Shown here one piece after another: positions 55,207 through 64,000 of a stretch of 64,000 bases of DNA (the stretch's first letter is position 1; every line of letters starts with the position of its first letter). Both the position numbers and the translations under genes were made by a program. Source of the DNA: Candidatus Latescibacterota bacterium (GTDB lineage: Bacteria > Latescibacterota > UBA2968 > UBA8231); contig CBDCSU010000006.1 in NCBI GenBank assembly GCA_965221775.1, positions 1,280,001-1,344,000 on the forward strand, read 5' to 3'. The notes below the pieces were generated by a model. The model did no database searches, had not been told where the DNA came from, and was given only the letters and a program-made list of their open reading frames with translations.

Positions 55207-56223
55207 TCACCTATCCTTGACAGCAACTTTAGCGGACAGGAACCCCATCGTATCGTAGTACTTCAGGGCAATAGTCACATGACCATGTGTAGTCTGTGCT
55301 TCGCCTTCTGAGATGGCCGTCTGTACGTTCTCCTTCAGCCAGTCCATCCCCTCCACTTGCCAAGTCGGAACGGCGTGACCCACGAGCAAGATTAGGCTCA
55401 TGACGTTCAGAGCAGCCACATCCTTTGCGTCACCCGGGAGTCCCACGCTGATATAGGCACTCTCAAGATTCTCTGGAGGTCCGATCAATTCAATGGTCGC
55501 TGCTCTTTCCTCCAAATGGGAGGTGACTCTAGGTCTTCCGTCATGGAGACGCGAGAACTCAAAGGTCCAGCCTAGCTCTTCAAAGGACGACTGTATCTCA
55601 TGCCGACTGACGCCTATACCTGAAGTCGGTTGCCTTGCTGCGTCCCTGCTGCTAACTGACCTCGATAGAGGTTCGTTCAGACTATCCTCGGTAACCGCCG
55701 GGAGACTAGTACTAGTAGCTTCCTGAGGGAGGGCGCCCAAGAGGGAGGCGTGGTACTTCAGATCCTTTACGGCCTTTTGCGCCTCCATTGCCCGGCCGAC
55801 AGCTTCGAGGGCGCGCTCGTGGGCTTGGTCGGCTCGTTGGGCCGCTTGATTGACGGCCTTCGGTTGCGCCTCCCGGGCGCGGGCCAAGTCCTCAACGCTG
55901 CCGTGTGCGGCCCATGCGGCGGCGGCCTCGTCCTCGGCCTTCCGGGCATAGCGCCCGGCCAGTTGAAGAGCCCGGCCCGCCTCGCGGCCGTGTCTATCGA
56001 GATCCAAGCCCACCGGCCGGAAGGTCTCGAAGTCCCCCACGTTGAGCCGGCTGAACGCCTCGCGGCAACTATCCGCGGCAGCGACCACTTGATCGGCATA
56101 GTTGCTGGCGCGGTCGGCGTAGGTGACCGCGCGGTCGGCGGCGGCGATGGTGCGGTCTGCCCGTTCGCCGGCGATCACCGGGACCGTCAGGGCGACGGCG
56201 AGGGCGAAGACAAGGGCGTTCAT
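55207..56223 (-). CDS. Secreted hypothetical protein (Ala-rich coiled-coil N-half, globular C-half)
   Basis: ATG 56223 with GGGAGA RBS; signal peptide MNALVFALAVALTVPVIA. Confidence 0.65.
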   Translation of the reverse strand: MNALVFALAVALTVPVIAGERADRTIAAADRAVTYADRASNYADQVVAAADSCREAFSRLNVGDFETFRPVGLDLDRHGREAGRALQLAGRYARKAEDEAAAAWAAHGSVEDLARAREAQPKAVNQAAQRADQAHERALEAVGRAMEAQKAVKDLKYHASLLGALPQEATSTSLPAVTEDSLNEPLSRSVSSRDAARQPTSGIGVSRHEIQSSFEELGWTFEFSRLHDGRPRVTSHLEERAATIELIGPPENLESAYISVGLPGDAKDVAALNVMSLILLVGHAVPTWQVEGMDWLKENVQTAISEGEAQTTHGHVTIALKYYDTMGFLSAKVAVKDR

Positions 56224-56265
56224 CGAGGCGGTTCTCCCTATGATGGGGTCCGGGAAACCGGAATG

Positions 56266-57266
56266 TGTCAATGCGAATGAGACACTTCGGGTGAGTTTAG
56301 TGTCCTCCTCGGGCGCGCATTCGATGGTGTTGGGAGGGCGGGTTGATCCACACCTCGGCCGGGATTCTAGGTGCCTGCGGTTGCCCCTTGACGAAGCGCT
56401 CGGGATGGCGTGCGTGGGCGTCCTCGAGGACGCGCTGCCGCTCGGCCTGGAGGACGCCGGCGCGCCCTTGATGGACCGCATCCGGGGTGAGCAGGTCCAG
56501 TCCGCTATGGCGATGCCGGGTGTTGTACCATCGGAAATAGGTCCGCGCCTGCTCCGGGTCGGCAAAGCGGCCCGGGTAGGAGCGGGCGCATTTGACCGTC
56601 TTGAACTGGCTCTCCGAGTACGGGTTGTCGTCGGCGGTTCGCAACCGGCTGTAGCTGGCGAGGATGTCGAGAGGAGCAACTGCGAGAAGCTCTTGGCCGT
56701 CATCTCCTCGCCCCGGTCCTCGTGCAGGCTCAGCTGCCCCGGCTGGATGGCCTGCTTGTGGCAGGCGGCCTGGATCAGGCGCTGGGCGCGACTGGCGTTT
56801 GGCGTTTTCCCGGGGGGCCACCATCCAGGCGACGACATAGCGCGAAAACAGATCCAGCACCACGCAGAGCGGATACGTCACCCATCGACGCGGCCCCGCC
56901 AAGCGGGTGATGTCCCACGTCCAGACCTGATGGGGGCCCGTGGCCACCAGCCGCGGCGGCTCGGCCCGAGGGTGGCGGCGTTGGCGACGACGTTCCCGTA
57001 CCTCGCCAGCGCCGTGGAGCAGGCGATACATGGTGCGCACAGAGCACAGGTAGCGGCCTTCCTCCAGCAGGGTGGCGTAGACGGCGACCGGGGCCTGATC
57101 GACGAACCGGTCTTCGTGCAGGTCGCCAGCACCTGGGCGCGTTCGGCCGGGGCCAGACGGCGGGTGGGCCTGTCGACCAGAGTCCGTGCTCATCCTCAAG
57201 CTCCTCCTTTCCGCCTTCCAGACAATACTAAACTCCGATGGCAAAGTGTCTCACTCTAAATTGGCA
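56266..57266 (-). mobile_element. Internally deleted IS3-family element with both terminal inverted repeats
   Basis: Ends TGTCAAT..TGAGACACTT..GAGTTTAGT (56266-56301) and inverted ACTAAACTC..AAGTGTCTCA..ATTGGCA (~57226-57266); OrfB motifs WTWDIT, LDLFSRYVVAW, DNPYSESQFKT, WYNTRHRHSG; OrfA nearly absent; frameshifts. Confidence 0.85.
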
Positions 57267-57470
57267 CGTAGGGATGCCCGCCTCCTCTTCCAACTCGCGG
57301 AAGACAGCAGCATCGGGATGCTCACCCCACTCAATCCCGCCGCCTGGAATAGTCCGCCTTCCTTGATCCGGTCCGCTAGCCATGCGGACCAAGAGCACCC
57401 GGCCTGAAGGATCCCGGCAAAGCCCATAGGGCACCGACATAACGCGCGGACAACCCGAGACGGAAGACAT
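57267..57470 (-). pseudogene. NUDIX hydrolase N-terminal half truncated by the IS
   Basis: PGGGIEWGEHPDAAVFRELEEEAGI is a full NUDIX box; the frame runs into the IS end at 57266. Confidence 0.8.
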
Positions 57471-57671
57471 TTCCGTTCCCTTTTCTATACTCCAACTTAG
57501 TCATGTCCAATGTCCCATAGAGAGTCCCTGGGGTGCAGACGCCTCCTGTCCCGAAGGGTTGACCTGAGGGCTGCACAAGCAGGCGGCGTGCGAGAAAGGC
57601 ATGTGTACCGATGGCCGGGGCAACCGGAGGGACCGGAACTGCAACCCGTCTCTTGGCCGGAGTCCACGGAC

Positions 57672-58478
57672 CTAAGGCAGTCGCACAAGTGTAATTCGGA
57701 TTCCGGCTGCCCTCGCTGCTAGCCTCAGAGATTCATCATAGTCACCTGTCACAATCCACCCACTTACCTCCTGGCCATCTTCTGCGACGTTTTCCTGCAG
57801 GTATCCTATGTATCTGAGTATCTGGCCAACCACTTCATCAGAGCTGTGACCCCTCTTGAGTTCGATCACGACCAAGTTTCCGTCACTGTCTAAGTAGACC
57901 AAGTCACTTCGTCCGACATCTGGGCCCATTGAATACTGCTGACCTACCTCATCTGCCGGAGTAAGTCCCAGTCGCGCAAGATTCGGTTTGATCGCCTCTT
58001 CAAGTCCCTCTTCAAGTAGGATGATCTCCCTATCAGATGATCCGAACCCGAGTCTCTCATAGATCTTGGCAGCTGTGTCAATCCGTACGATGTCCGATTC
58101 CTCGATTCTCACAATTCTGCTGCGCACGTCGCCATTTGTTAAGTCTCTCATGATGAGGCCCTGAGGAACCGGACTAGGAAAGAGGAACACCTCGTCCATA
58201 GGGAAGTGTCCGGCCTTGCATTCGTGCTTCTTCTCAGCTTCTAGATCGGGCTTCCAGTCGTCAGAAACTCGGAATGTTCCAACGTAGGATTCTCCATAGA
58301 TTCTCATGGCAACCACATCACCAGATCGGACATATGCCCGATTCCTCTCTGACTCTTGGAGATAGTACTGGCTTCGGTCCAATATCGCACTCATGTCCCA
58401 GTCACTATTGCCGTAGTAGCCGCTACTCCGGTTGGAGAACACCCAATAGCCGTTATGCTCGACACTATCTTCCGACAT
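57672..58478 (-). CDS. EVE/PUA-like domain fused to a NucS-type PD-(D/E)xK endonuclease domain
   Basis: N-terminal YWVF...VRSGDVV...YVGTFRV; C-terminal LEEGLEE, GRSDLV, IELKRG, GQILRY; GAGGAG RBS; low GC. Confidence 0.72.
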   Translation of the reverse strand: MSEDSVEHNGYWVFSNRSSGYYGNSDWDMSAILDRSQYYLQESERNRAYVRSGDVVAMRIYGESYVGTFRVSDDWKPDLEAEKKHECKAGHFPMDEVFLFPSPVPQGLIMRDLTNGDVRSRIVRIEESDIVRIDTAAKIYERLGFGSSDREIILLEEGLEEAIKPNLARLGLTPADEVGQQYSMGPDVGRSDLVYLDSDGNLVVIELKRGHSSDEVVGQILRYIGYLQENVAEDGQEVSGWIVTGDYDESLRLAARAAGIRITLVRLP

Positions 58479-58737
58479 GATTGCTTCTCCTCGTAGGTTG
58501 GAACCGGGTTGATGTGCACCAGCCGATCGCACTTCGGCAGGCTCTTCTCCCGGACCCCCATCTCTTCGTCGATGGTGCTACAGGCAACCTTGGCTGAAGA
58601 TAGATGGTCCAAATACCATCATCGTCCTCCTAGGGGCAACGCAAGAATCAAGTACCTTGATCTCATTCAACTCCCTTGGCGGCCTGATTGGGGGATCGCC
58701 CAAATCATCGTACGGAACCCCCTGCGGGGCAACCGCA

Positions 58738-61521
58738 TCAGTGTCCTCCCACCTGCGGCAGGTGCTCCAGGAGGCGGCGGCGCTCGCGGAAGGGACCCTC
58801 CAGCTCCTCCCGGAAGTGGCGCGCCGTCAGCTCCCGGGGGTTCGCCTCCAGGGCCTGCGCGTAGGCGGCCACGGCCCCGGACCAGTCCTCGCTCAGGCGC
58901 AGGATGTCCCCCTTCAGCACGTGGCGCTTGCCCTCGAACCAGATCCGCAGAAACGACTCCATCTCCAGGCGCGCGACCTCGTCCGGGTAAGCCAGCCACG
59001 GTCCCAGCGCCGGCGGATGCTCGTCCAGGTGGCGGTCGAGGTCGGCCAGCACGCGCCACACGTCGGCGGTGTAGCCGCGCCTGCTGGCGAAGCTCAAGTG
59101 CGGGTGGTCGTCGCTGTTGACGGGACCCTCCCCCACGTAGGCGGCGAAGGAGTCCTGGTCGAGGAGGAAGCAGCTCAGCACGTCGAGGGGGCTCCCCAGG
59201 TCCGCCTCCTCGAGGCTGTCGCGCACCTCGCGGCGGTCGTACCTCGCCTCCAGCTCCGCCAGGTCGACGCGCAGGGGCCCGGTGGTACCGACCATGATGG
59301 AGTAGTGGTTGGTGCGCCACAGGGTGGCGTGCTCGAAGACGCTCCCGAAGGTGCGCAGGACGGTCTTGAAGTCGTCGACCTGCAGGCCGTGGAAGGGCAG
59401 CCACTGCACGAAGATGCCGTCCTCTTTCAGACGCGACCGGCACAGCTCGTAGAAGTCGCGGGTGTAGAGGATCCAGCTGTCGGTGCTGGTGGGATGGGTG
59501 GCGTCGCCGGTGATCACGTCGTACCGGCGCCCCGAGGCCAGCAGGTGGTTGCGGCCGTCGTCGAGGGAGATGTGGACGCGGTGCTCCTTCAGACGGTCGA
59601 GGACGCGGTGGTTGAAGCTCCCGTACTCCTGGCGGGCGGCGGCCACCATGTCGGGCACGATCTCGACGCACTCGACGCGGGTCAGGTCGTGCTGGGCCAC
59701 GGCCCCCAGGGCGATGCCGCCTCCGAGAGCGACGACCAGGACCTCCCGCGGGCCTTCGTGCAACAGCAGCGGCAGGTGGCCCAGAAGCCGGAAGACCTGG
59801 AAGGAGCCGTAGTCGGTGGGCACCTGGCTGCCGCGGTTGAACCTCATCTCGCGGTACCCGGGCTCGGCCGCGACGGTGACCACCCCCTCGCGGCCCTCGC
59901 GGTAGAACACCAGCTCGGCCCCCGGCCGGCGCGGCTCCACGATCCCGCGCAGGACGTCTTCCGGGGCCAGGGCCACGGCGGCGACGGAGAGAGCCAGCGC
60001 GCCGGCGGCCACCGCCTTGTTGCGCCGCAGGGGCCGGTGGCGCTGGTGCAGCCCCAGGACCACGAGGCCGGCGGCGACGTTGACGAGGCCCAGGAGCTTG
60101 AAGGCTCCCTCGGTGCCGAAGGCGGGAACGAGGGCGAAACCGGTGGCGGCGGCGCCGGCGATGGCGCCGAGACTGTTGACCGCGTAGGCGTCCCCGACGC
60201 CGCGGCCGAGGCGCCCGAGGCCGGGGGTGTTGATGCGGCTCACCACCGGGAAGAGGGCGCCCATTAGCAGGGTGGGCCCGAGCATGATGGCGAAGGCGAC
60301 GGCGAAGATGCCAAGGCGATGGCTCCACCAGGTGTCGGCTTGCTGGATCCAGCCGATCCACTGCGGCCACCAGGCGAAGAGGAAGACCGAGCAGAGACCC
60401 ACGAGGCCGATGAGGACCTCCATCGTCCCGAAGAGGGCGGGCAGGTCCCGCTCCGCCCGCAGGAAGCGGCTGCAGGCGAGGCTGCCCAGGGAGATCCCCA
60501 GGAGGAAGGCGATGAGGATGATGCTGAACTCGTAGTGGGTGTTGACCCCGAAGGAGACGATGAAGAGGCGCAGCCAGGCGACCTCGTAGCCGAGAGCGGC
60601 GAAGCCGGAGAGGCCGAAGGCGGCGATGACGGCGGTGACGATGTGGCGCGGGACCGGTTCGGCGGCCGACGCCGGATCCGCGGCCATCCCATGCTCCCCC
60701 GGCGGTGCGGGCGCGGCTGTCTCCGGCGTCCCGGCGGGTTCGAGGCCGGTGTCGGGAGATGGGTCCGTTGCGGGGGCCGGCGGGGGAGTGGCCTCGGGGT
60801 CTCCGGACGGTTCGAGGCCGATGCCGGCAGGCTGATCCTGCGCAGGGGACGCGGCCCTCCGGTCGACCAGCAGGGCGAGGGCGGCGACGGTGAAGTTGAC
60901 GGCAGCCACCGTCCAGGTGCTGCCCTTCAGCCCGAGGGCTTCCATCAGGAGGAAGGTGACCAGGACGACGCCGGCCACGGCGCCCAGGGTGTTGATCCCG
61001 TAGAGCAGGCCCACCCCCGGGCCGGCGCCCGCCAGCCGGCGCACGACGAACTTCGACAGCACCGGCAGGGTGGCGCCCATCAGCGTCGTCGGCACGAGCA
61101 GCAGCAGGAAGGTGATGACGAAGCGCAGGACCGGGCCGAGGGCCCCGCCCTCCGGGCCGAGAGCCTGCACCAGAACCGCCGAGGATCCGATCCCGCCGGC
61201 CAGGGCGGGAAAGAGCAGGGCGTAGAGACCGACGCCGGCTTCGAGGAGGGCGAAGATGCGCAGCGGCCGGCCGAGGCCCGCGCCGGCGCCGCCGCCGTCG
61301 ACGTAGCGCCCGCAGAGGAAGCTGCCGAGGGCGAGGCCCGCCATGAAGGCGCTCAGCACCGTGCTCACGGCGAGCATGGTGGCGCCGAAGACGACGACGA
61401 GCATGCGCGCCCAGACGACCTGGTAGACGAGGCCGCAGGCGCCGGAGAGGAAGAACAGGCACGGGACGATCAGAAGCGTCCGCGGCGCCAGGTCGCGACG
61501 GGGAGGTCCGTCAGCGGTCAC
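58738..61521 (-). CDS. Fused MFS-like membrane domain / spermidine synthase-like SAM-binding protein with C-terminal TPR
   Basis: FFLSGACGLVYQVVWAR, LYGINTLGA, VLVVALGGG, VEIVP, DDGRNHL, YDVITGD, LYTRDFY. Confidence 0.88.
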   Translation of the reverse strand: MTADGPPRRDLAPRTLLIVPCLFFLSGACGLVYQVVWARMLVVVFGATMLAVSTVLSAFMAGLALGSFLCGRYVDGGGAGAGLGRPLRIFALLEAGVGLYALLFPALAGGIGSSAVLVQALGPEGGALGPVLRFVITFLLLLVPTTLMGATLPVLSKFVVRRLAGAGPGVGLLYGINTLGAVAGVVLVTFLLMEALGLKGSTWTVAAVNFTVAALALLVDRRAASPAQDQPAGIGLEPSGDPEATPPPAPATDPSPDTGLEPAGTPETAAPAPPGEHGMAADPASAAEPVPRHIVTAVIAAFGLSGFAALGYEVAWLRLFIVSFGVNTHYEFSIILIAFLLGISLGSLACSRFLRAERDLPALFGTMEVLIGLVGLCSVFLFAWWPQWIGWIQQADTWWSHRLGIFAVAFAIMLGPTLLMGALFPVVSRINTPGLGRLGRGVGDAYAVNSLGAIAGAAATGFALVPAFGTEGAFKLLGLVNVAAGLVVLGLHQRHRPLRRNKAVAAGALALSVAAVALAPEDVLRGIVEPRRPGAELVFYREGREGVVTVAAEPGYREMRFNRGSQVPTDYGSFQVFRLLGHLPLLLHEGPREVLVVALGGGIALGAVAQHDLTRVECVEIVPDMVAAARQEYGSFNHRVLDRLKEHRVHISLDDGRNHLLASGRRYDVITGDATHPTSTDSWILYTRDFYELCRSRLKEDGIFVQWLPFHGLQVDDFKTVLRTFGSVFEHATLWRTNHYSIMVGTTGPLRVDLAELEARYDRREVRDSLEEADLGSPLDVLSCFLLDQDSFAAYVGEGPVNSDDHPHLSFASRRGYTADVWRVLADLDRHLDEHPPALGPWLAYPDEVARLEMESFLRIWFEGKRHVLKGDILRLSEDWSGAVAAYAQALEANPRELTARHFREELEGPFRERRRLLEHLPQVGGH

Positions 61522-61631
61522 GGGAGTTGCGGCCGGCCGATGACGACCACCTTCGAGCCGGAGGCCTTGCGCCTTGCAGCCCCCCGTGGGCAGCCCCTCT
61601 TTACTCCCGACCTATTCAAGGAAGGCGCGCC

Positions 61632-63764
61632 GTGAACCTGAATTCCCTCTTCGCAGAGTTGCCCCCCGGCCACGTCACCAGCATCGCGGGGGCGCCCCAC
61701 GAGACCGGCGTGCCGGCGAAAGAGGCCCACGTGGGCTGGCCCATCGGCGTCGTCCGCCGCGCCGACGGCGACCTGATCGTCGCCGACTGGCACGCCAACC
61801 GCCTCTGGCGCATCGACGGGGACGGCATCCTGCACGCCTTCGCCGGCGACGGCGTCCCGGGGAACCGCGGCGACGGCGGGCCGGCGCTGGAGGCGCGGCT
61901 TCGCGGGCCCCACAGCCTGACCCTGGACCGCCACGGCAACATCTACACCGCCGACCTGGCGAACCGCACGATCCGCCGCATCGACGCGGAGACCGGCATC
62001 ATCACCCGGGTGGCCGGCTCCGGCCGGGCCGGCCGCGGCGGCGACGGGGGTCCCGCCCTCGAGGCGGAGCTGGACGTCCACTGCGGCATCGCCGTCGATG
62101 GGGCGGACAACCTCTACCTGTCCAGCGAGTGGCAGAACACGATTCGGAAGGTCGACGCGAGGACCGGTGTCATCGAGCTCTTCGCCGGCCACGACGCCCG
62201 TCACTATCCGTCGGAGAAAGGAAGGAGCCGGCCCTACCTGGGCAAGGGGCTGGAAGACTGGGGCGGCCTCAACTGGGGCGGCTACCACGGCGACGGCGGC
62301 CCCGCCGCGGACGCCTCCTTCTACCATCCCGAGCACCTGGCCTTCGACTCCCGGGGCGATCTCTACGTCTGCGACAACTCGAACCACCGCATCCGCAAGA
62401 TCGACATGGCCACCGGCATCATCACCACCGTGCTCGGCAACGGCATGCCCGCCTCCAACGGCGACGGCGGACCCGCCACCGAGGCCAGCACGCTGATGCC
62501 GGACGCCATCTGCCTGGACGCCCGCGACAACCTCTTCGTGGGCGAGAAGTACGGCTACCGCGTCCGCCGGGTCGACGCCGCCACCGGCATCGTGACGACG
62601 CTGGTGGGCACCGGCGTTCCCGGCTGGGGTGACGAGGGGGTGCACGGCTCCGAGGCGGTCTGCAACTCGGTGGAGGCCGGCATTCTCGCCGACCCGGACG
62701 GGACCCTGTTCTGGTGCGACTGCTCCGGCCGGATGCGCCGCTACGACGGGGAGACGGGCATCGTCACCACGGCCCTCGGCGGCACCAGCATCCACGACGG
62801 CGAGCCGGCGCAGCAGGGCTTCCTGGCGGCCCCCGCGGGAATCGCCGCGGGACCGGACGGCCACATCTACTTCGCCGACTTCTTCAATCAGCGGATCCGG
62901 GCGATCGACCCGTCCAGCGGCCTCATCCGCACCGTCGCCGGCAACGGCGCCAGGGCCTGCGGCGGCGACGGCGGACCCGCCCCCGACGCCTACCTGAGCA
63001 ATCCCCGCGACGTCTCCGTCGACGCCCGGGGACGCGCGGTCATCGCCGACACCCGTCACGGCTACGTCCGCCGCGTAGAGGAGAGCGGGACCATCCAGAC
63101 CATCGCCGGCACCGGCCTGCAGTGGGACAAGGGGGACGGCGGACCCGCGGCCGGCGCCTGCATGCTGTCGGTGACCGCCGTGGCCCACGGACCGGGCGGC
63201 GACGTCTTCCTCGCCGACGGCACCATCGGCCGGGTGCGCCGCATCGACGCGAAGACCGGCATCATCACCACCGTCGCCGGCATCGGGGAGCCCGGGTACT
63301 CCGGGGACGGAGGGCCCGCCACCGCCGCCCGCATCGGCTCGGTGAACGCCATCCGCTTCGACGGGCGCGGCCGCATGTACCTGGCCGACAGCTCCAACCA
63401 CGCCGTCCGCAGGGTCGATGCGGGCGGGACCATCGCCACCATCGTTGGCACCGGCGAACCCGGGTGCTCCCCCGAAGGCACCCGCCCCGAGGAGGCCCGC
63501 CTGAACACCCCCAACGGCATCGCCGTCACCGCCGGCGGGGTCCTCTACGTATGCGACTCCATGAACAACCGCCTCCTCCGCTGCGCCCCGGGGAGGGCGC
63601 TGGAGGTGGTCGCGGGCGGGGAGGGCCAGGGATTCGCGGGAGACGGCGGGCCGGCGAGGCAGGCGCTCTTCAACGAACCGTACGGCATCTGCCTGTACGG
63701 GGATGATCTGCTGCTGGTCACCGACTACTTCAACAACCGCATCCGGGCGATCAGGCTGAAGTAG
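61632..63764 (+). CDS. NHL-repeat (teneurin-like beta-propeller) protein
   Basis: Many GDGGPA..A.L..P repeats and D..N.RIR.ID..TGII; GTG start 61632. Confidence 0.9.
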   Translation: MNLNSLFAELPPGHVTSIAGAPHETGVPAKEAHVGWPIGVVRRADGDLIVADWHANRLWRIDGDGILHAFAGDGVPGNRGDGGPALEARLRGPHSLTLDRHGNIYTADLANRTIRRIDAETGIITRVAGSGRAGRGGDGGPALEAELDVHCGIAVDGADNLYLSSEWQNTIRKVDARTGVIELFAGHDARHYPSEKGRSRPYLGKGLEDWGGLNWGGYHGDGGPAADASFYHPEHLAFDSRGDLYVCDNSNHRIRKIDMATGIITTVLGNGMPASNGDGGPATEASTLMPDAICLDARDNLFVGEKYGYRVRRVDAATGIVTTLVGTGVPGWGDEGVHGSEAVCNSVEAGILADPDGTLFWCDCSGRMRRYDGETGIVTTALGGTSIHDGEPAQQGFLAAPAGIAAGPDGHIYFADFFNQRIRAIDPSSGLIRTVAGNGARACGGDGGPAPDAYLSNPRDVSVDARGRAVIADTRHGYVRRVEESGTIQTIAGTGLQWDKGDGGPAAGACMLSVTAVAHGPGGDVFLADGTIGRVRRIDAKTGIITTVAGIGEPGYSGDGGPATAARIGSVNAIRFDGRGRMYLADSSNHAVRRVDAGGTIATIVGTGEPGCSPEGTRPEEARLNTPNGIAVTAGGVLYVCDSMNNRLLRCAPGRALEVVAGGEGQGFAGDGGPARQALFNEPYGICLYGDDLLLVTDYFNNRIRAIRLK

Positions 63765-63781
63765 CCGGCGACCCTCCGACG

Positions 63782-64000
63782 CTACTCGACGGGGACCGTC
63801 CCGCCGTGCCAGGGGAAGGCGTAGGTAGGGTCGTTGGCGAACCGCTTCATGCCGCAGGTCAGGCGCACCGAGGTCATGGGCGGCAGGGCCACGGTGAAGT
63901 GCCGGCCGTCCACCTGGAGGCTGCCGCTGGTGGCCGTCTTCTCGGCGCGCACGCGGGTGTTGGGGTTGGGATCGTCGCTGTCGATGGCCGTCCCCGTGAA
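63782..64000 (-). CDS. C-terminal part of a hypothetical protein (continues beyond the window)
   Basis: Open frame FTGTAIDSDD...FPWHGGTVPVE* with host-like codon usage; stop at 63782. Confidence 0.6.
   Translation of the reverse strand, partial: FTGTAIDSDDPNPNTRVRAEKTATSGSLQVDGRHFTVALPPMTSVRLTCGMKRFANDPTYAFPWHGGTVPVE

Noticed and set aside
58391-58630. Short minus-strand ORF(s) upstream of the EVE-NucS gene
   Set aside because: The RBS-led frame stops after about 14 codons and the 73-aa frame overlaps the nuclease start; possibly decayed, not supportable as a gene.
61632-63764. Recurrent ggcgacggcgg(a/c/g)cc motifs as DNA repeats
   Set aside because: Explained by NHL protein repeats (GDGGPA).
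1-64000. tRNA/rRNA genes, integrase, prophage genes, att sites at island edges
   Set aside because: None recognised by eye; short att sites or small RNAs could be missed without tRNAscan/Infernal.

Overview
High-GC bacterial window. The lineage is an inference: the secreted-protein C-terminal motif 'SAVEPSSWARIK', many enolase-superfamily and sialidase genes and an NHL-repeat protein resemble Latescibacterota/Poribacteria-like genomes. The backbone is catabolic: sugar-acid enzymes, sialidases, a TonB receptor, fbaB, amidase, methylamine/C1 enzymes, glyA and xylulokinase. Three lower-GC accessory patches interrupt it, none with an integrase. (1) ~12.9-22.5 kb: an intact four-gene type III-like Wadjet (jetABCD) operon, a convergent PD-(D/E)xK-like nuclease and a frameshifted HIRAN-type gene. 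(2) ~49.4-52.2 kb: a DUF1902/HicA toxin-antitoxin relic, an unusual Zn-finger-HNH-Zn-finger nuclease, and a DUF3500 gene bracketed by a decayed duplicate of the neighbouring gene's 3' half. (3) ~54.7-58.7 kb: two IS3-family relics, a truncated NUDIX gene and an EVE/PUA-like-NucS nuclease fusion. Duplicated gene 3' ends, C-poor recoded-looking 3' ends next to the islands, and microhomology-bounded deletions suggest integrase-independent cassette turnover at gene 3' ends. No rRNA, tRNA or CRISPR array was seen. All family calls come from motif recognition by eye, not from database searches.
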